Assembly: GCA_963797085.1 (NCBI GenBank) | Contig: CAWCOA010000025.1 | Coordinates: forward strand, 80,065-144,064 | From: an uncultured Gammaproteobacteria bacterium | GTDB lineage: Bacteria > Pseudomonadota > Gammaproteobacteria > Chromatiales > Chromatiaceae | Reading direction: 5' to 3' | Length of the DNA: 64,000 nt | Shown: positions 61,426-64,000 of the stretch, one piece after another | How positions within the stretch are numbered: position 1 is the stretch's first letter | Layout: each line of letters opens with the position of its first letter | Notes under the pieces: model-generated | Databases searched by the model: none | What the model saw: the letters and a program-made list of their open reading frames with translations, nothing else | What the model was told of the DNA's origin: nothing | Made by a program: the position numbers and the translations under genes

Positions 61426-62199
61426 TTAGGCATCGGCCTCATTTTCTTCGGAGAATAAGTAACGAAGAAACCGCTCTGGGCCATTGAGAAAGTTTTTTGT
61501 CACCAAATAATGCTCTGTTTCTTGATAGCCTATTTCGCGGATTCCCCCTTCCTCAAACTGGTACAGGGTTGCGCCCGGATAGGCTAGAAGTATTGGTGAA
61601 TGGGAGGCAATCAGAAACTGCGCATGTCGGGGCACCTCCAGATCATGGATGATCTTCAGGAAGGCGAGTTGACGTTGGGGTGATAGTGCAGCCTCCGGCT
61701 CGTCGAGAATGTACAGCCCGTGTTCAAACCTATTTTGGAAAAGCGCAAGGAAGGACTCACCGTGGGATTGATGGTGCAATGACCGGCCTCCATAGGCTCT
61801 AAAGTCGGACACGCCGTCAAGGTAGCTTGCAAAATTATAGAAGCTCTCGGCACGCATAAAAAATCCCTCGGTCATCTTTGGCATCCATGAAAGCCTTAAC
61901 GCCTGGGCGAGATCGGAACGGTCCTCACGAGCTTCCCTGTAGTGATCTCGGTTTCCACCCTCTGGGTTAAAGCCACAAATCTCGGCCAGCGCCTCCAGAA
62001 GCGTAGATTTACCACTTCCGTTTTCTCCGACGAAGAACGTAACTGGCGTAGCCAACTCGAGATTTATTCCGTGCTCAAACGCTGAAATGCTAAACGGGAA
62101 ATCCGAATGGGACATCCGCTCCGGGATGCTGCTGATACGCCGTAGGTAAGGCGCGCCCAAATTTCCCGAGGTTTTTTTAGAGGTTCTTCGAACGGTCAT
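61426..62199 (-). CDS. small stand-alone ABC/AAA-type ATPase (COG3910-like)
   Basis: Walker A FFVGENGSGKSTLLEAL, a signature-like HGESFLALF, Walker B LYILDEPEAALSP and the H-loop LIASHSPIL. There are no transmembrane or substrate domains. Confidence 0.78.
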   Translation of the reverse strand: MTVRRTSKKTSGNLGAPYLRRISSIPERMSHSDFPFSISAFEHGINLELATPVTFFVGENGSGKSTLLEALAEICGFNPEGGNRDHYREAREDRSDLAQALRLSWMPKMTEGFFMRAESFYNFASYLDGVSDFRAYGGRSLHHQSHGESFLALFQNRFEHGLYILDEPEAALSPQRQLAFLKIIHDLEVPRHAQFLIASHSPILLAYPGATLYQFEEGGIREIGYQETEHYLVTKNFLNGPERFLRYLFSEENEADA

Positions 62200-62318
62200 A
62201 ATCGATTTCCGATGCCTACAGTAGATTATATAGCCGTGTCCTCCGCAATTATTATCGCGCCAGCTCTCGACCCTACCGGGCTTGAGTATCTGCGATATGC
62301 GTTATTGGGAAGAACTGT

Positions 62319-62879
62319 CTACGCCCAAAGACTTCCCAACGAAAAACTAATCGCCTCGAACGGCGGTTGCCTGATGGAATCTTCTTCCTTGAGCGTTTCG
62401 AGCAGCAACCAGTGACCGTCATCCTGTAAATGGTACACCTCCAGGGTGCGTGCGTCCGGGTCTATCAGCCAGAGATGGGGCACGCCTTCCCGGGCATAAA
62501 TCGGCATCTTCAGGGCACGGTCAGTACGGGCCGTGGAGGGGGAGAGGATCTCACAGGCCCAATCAGGCGGGAGTTCGAACCAGGCGGTTTCGGGCAGTTC
62601 CGGCATGGGTTCCCGCCGCCAGCCGGCGAGGTCAGGAACGATGACGTCCTGGCCCAGGTGAAGCTCCGGCCCGTCAAGAATCCACCAGCCGCCTGGACCA
62701 CCGACACCCGCGCTGAAGGGGCCGCCAAGGGAGAACCCCAGCGCGGAATAAGCGAGCGCATGTTTCGGTGCAAGGCATGAGTGGGTGTGCAGATGACCGT
62801 AGAGGATCTCTCCTACCTGGTTTTCCGGGAGGGCGATGATATCCTCGTAGGTAGCGTTACGCTTGGCCAGTTCGGTCAT
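62319..62879 (-). CDS. Uma2-family (DUF820) putative endonuclease, second copy
   Basis: ..YEDIIALPENQVGEILYGHL..VIVPDLAGWR..ELPPDWACEILSPSTARTDRALKMPIYAREGVPHLWLIDP..; 186 aa, intact. It is distantly related to the 60509 copy. Confidence 0.78.
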   Translation of the reverse strand: MTELAKRNATYEDIIALPENQVGEILYGHLHTHSCLAPKHALAYSALGFSLGGPFSAGVGGPGGWWILDGPELHLGQDVIVPDLAGWRREPMPELPETAWFELPPDWACEILSPSTARTDRALKMPIYAREGVPHLWLIDPDARTLEVYHLQDDGHWLLLETLKEEDSIRQPPFEAISFSLGSLWA

Positions 62880-63034
62880 GGATTATTTCCGGGTTCTGTC
62901 TAAAAGGATTCTAGCCTTGTATCCGGGTTGAAATCAGACATTTGCGATTCGTATTATGGATAAAAATTAGAGTGTCCATTATATCTCCCCGTGCGTTCAA
63001 ATAACTAATCCGCAATTGTATATCAACAGCTTAG

Positions 63035-63071
63035 CACCCATTGCATGTGCCACAATGCCTTTGTGTCTTGC
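63035..63071. repeat. 37-bp direct repeat, copy B
   Basis: CACCCATTGCATGTGCCACAATGCCTTTGTGTCTTGC lies 34 nt from the 3' end of the integrase pseudogene. Confidence 0.8.
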
Positions 63072-63104
63072 CTGAGTTGAGGCTTACAATCGAATGATTA
63101 CTGG

Positions 63105-64000
63105 TCAGTCATTTTCCCGCTGATCCGTCCTCGCCACCGCCTCATGCAGGGCCCCGTCCTCATGGGACACATACAGCATCGTGGTGTTGATGTCCTTATG
63201 CCGGGCAAATCGCTGGGTCAGTCTGACATCGGCATGGCGTCCCACATTGGTAATGGCGGTATGGCGGGTGAGATGGGGCACCGCCTGGGCCAACTTGGCG
63301 GCCCGGGCTGGGTTCGACGCTTTCAGCTGTTCTGACGCCGCTTTAAACACGGCCTTCACCAACTCATAGATCCGATAGGGCTTAATGGGCCGCTTGCCTT
63401 TGATGCTCGCCACCAGCGGAAAGGCCTCATCCTGGGGATCGCCCCGCATCGGATAGGGCGCCAGCCCGAGGTGCAGGCGATAGCGTTTGAGGTCCTCGAG
63501 CAGTTGACGGGGTGACCGGCACCCAGTCCTGCCGCCCGCCTTTACCTTTGATATGAGCCGCCAGACGACCCGCCCGTCCGGCAGTTCGTGTTCCCGCAAA
63601 CTGCCCATGGTATGACTGGCCACCTCAAACAACCGCATCCCGGTAACCAGCAACAGCCGTAACAACCAGCGCTTGCGCTCATAGTCATCGATCTGGCGCG
63701 GCGTCTTTCGCGGCAGGTCTTCGATGGCCTGCCAGAGCGCCGCCTGTTCCTCGGCAAAAAAGGCCTCGCGATGGTGGCTGATCTGTGGCCGTCGAAATGC
63801 CTTCGATCAGGGGATTCACCGAGAGATAGCCCCGCTCAGTCAGGAAACTCAGCAAGGCGTTGATCACCACCAGGCTCTGATGCACACTCGACTCCGAGCG
63901 GGCCGAGGTAAAAGGTCGCCATTGGCCTGAGCGACGACTGTATTTATGATTCGCCGGCATGCACCAGCTCGCCGGCGGATCCAGCAGGAACTGCTGATAG
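63105..64000 (-). pseudogene. phage-type tyrosine integrase, 5'-partial at window edge, three indels
   Basis: ..YQQFLLDPPASWCMPANHKY..WRPFTSARSESSVHQSLVVINALLSFLTERGYLSVNPL changes frame at about 63800-63812 into ..AFFAEEQAALWQAIEDL..LLLVTGMRLFEV (Arg)..HLTRHTAITNV..ARHKDINTTMLYV. A -1/+1 indel pair (about 63553 and 63508) garbles IKGKGGRQDWVPVTP. Confidence 0.8.

Noticed and set aside
8270-64000. Split genes as programmed recoding (frameshifting or stop read-through)
   Set aside because: Only the IS3 A7G site has a recognised slippery motif and conserved two-ORF logic. The other roughly 35 frame changes have no slippery heptamers or downstream structures. They occur in unrelated genes and are accompanied by deletions and nonsense codons.
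60428-64000. Integron-like cassette array (integrase plus small ORFs separated by repeats)
   Set aside because: The integrase lacks IntI hallmarks. It is oriented with its 3' end toward the ORFs rather than divergently from an attI/Pc region. Only two copies of a 37-bp repeat exist, and they lack attC-like imperfect inverted-repeat structure.
1-64000. CRISPR arrays, tRNA, rRNA or other structured RNA genes
   Set aside because: I saw no regularly spaced short direct repeats and no cloverleaf-compatible or rRNA-like stretches in the intergenic regions. This is an eye scan only, so small ncRNAs cannot be excluded.

Overview
This is a gammaproteobacterium-like chromosomal segment. Nt 1-8269 is an intact housekeeping block on the + strand (gyrA-serC-serA-pheA-hisC-tyrA). 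The usual continuation (aroA-cmk-rpsA) is absent. From about 8.3 kb to the window end the sequence is accessory and eroded. It holds envelope-lipid genes (a YnbA/YnbB-like pair, cls, mprF) and ion, osmotic and acid-stress genes (corA, mscK-like, mscS-like, sulP, hdeA x2, hdeD). It also holds a glycogen / pentose-phosphate / phosphoketolase block (GH15, zwf, tal, ppk2, xfp, ackA, glgX, glgP, tkt, gnd) and two HlyD/ABC-2 efflux clusters. Mobile DNA comprises an IS3-family IS, an IS6-family IS, a TA-flanked 176-bp MITE inside parE, and an intact 3.5-kb recombinase-in-trio (RIT) element with 72-bp terminal inverted repeats. There is also a diverged RitA fragment abutting a truncated gene, and a decayed phage-type integrase. 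About 29 of roughly 55 genes after tyrA can be read only by joining frames, or are nonsense-interrupted, internally deleted or truncated. The core block, xfp, glgX, mprF, cls and the three RIT recombinases are uninterrupted. I recognised no rRNA, tRNA or CRISPR array. All calls rest on motif recognition by eye, with no searches run. Lesion coordinates are approximate (+/-15 nt), and I cannot separate real pseudogenes from assembly indels without the reads.
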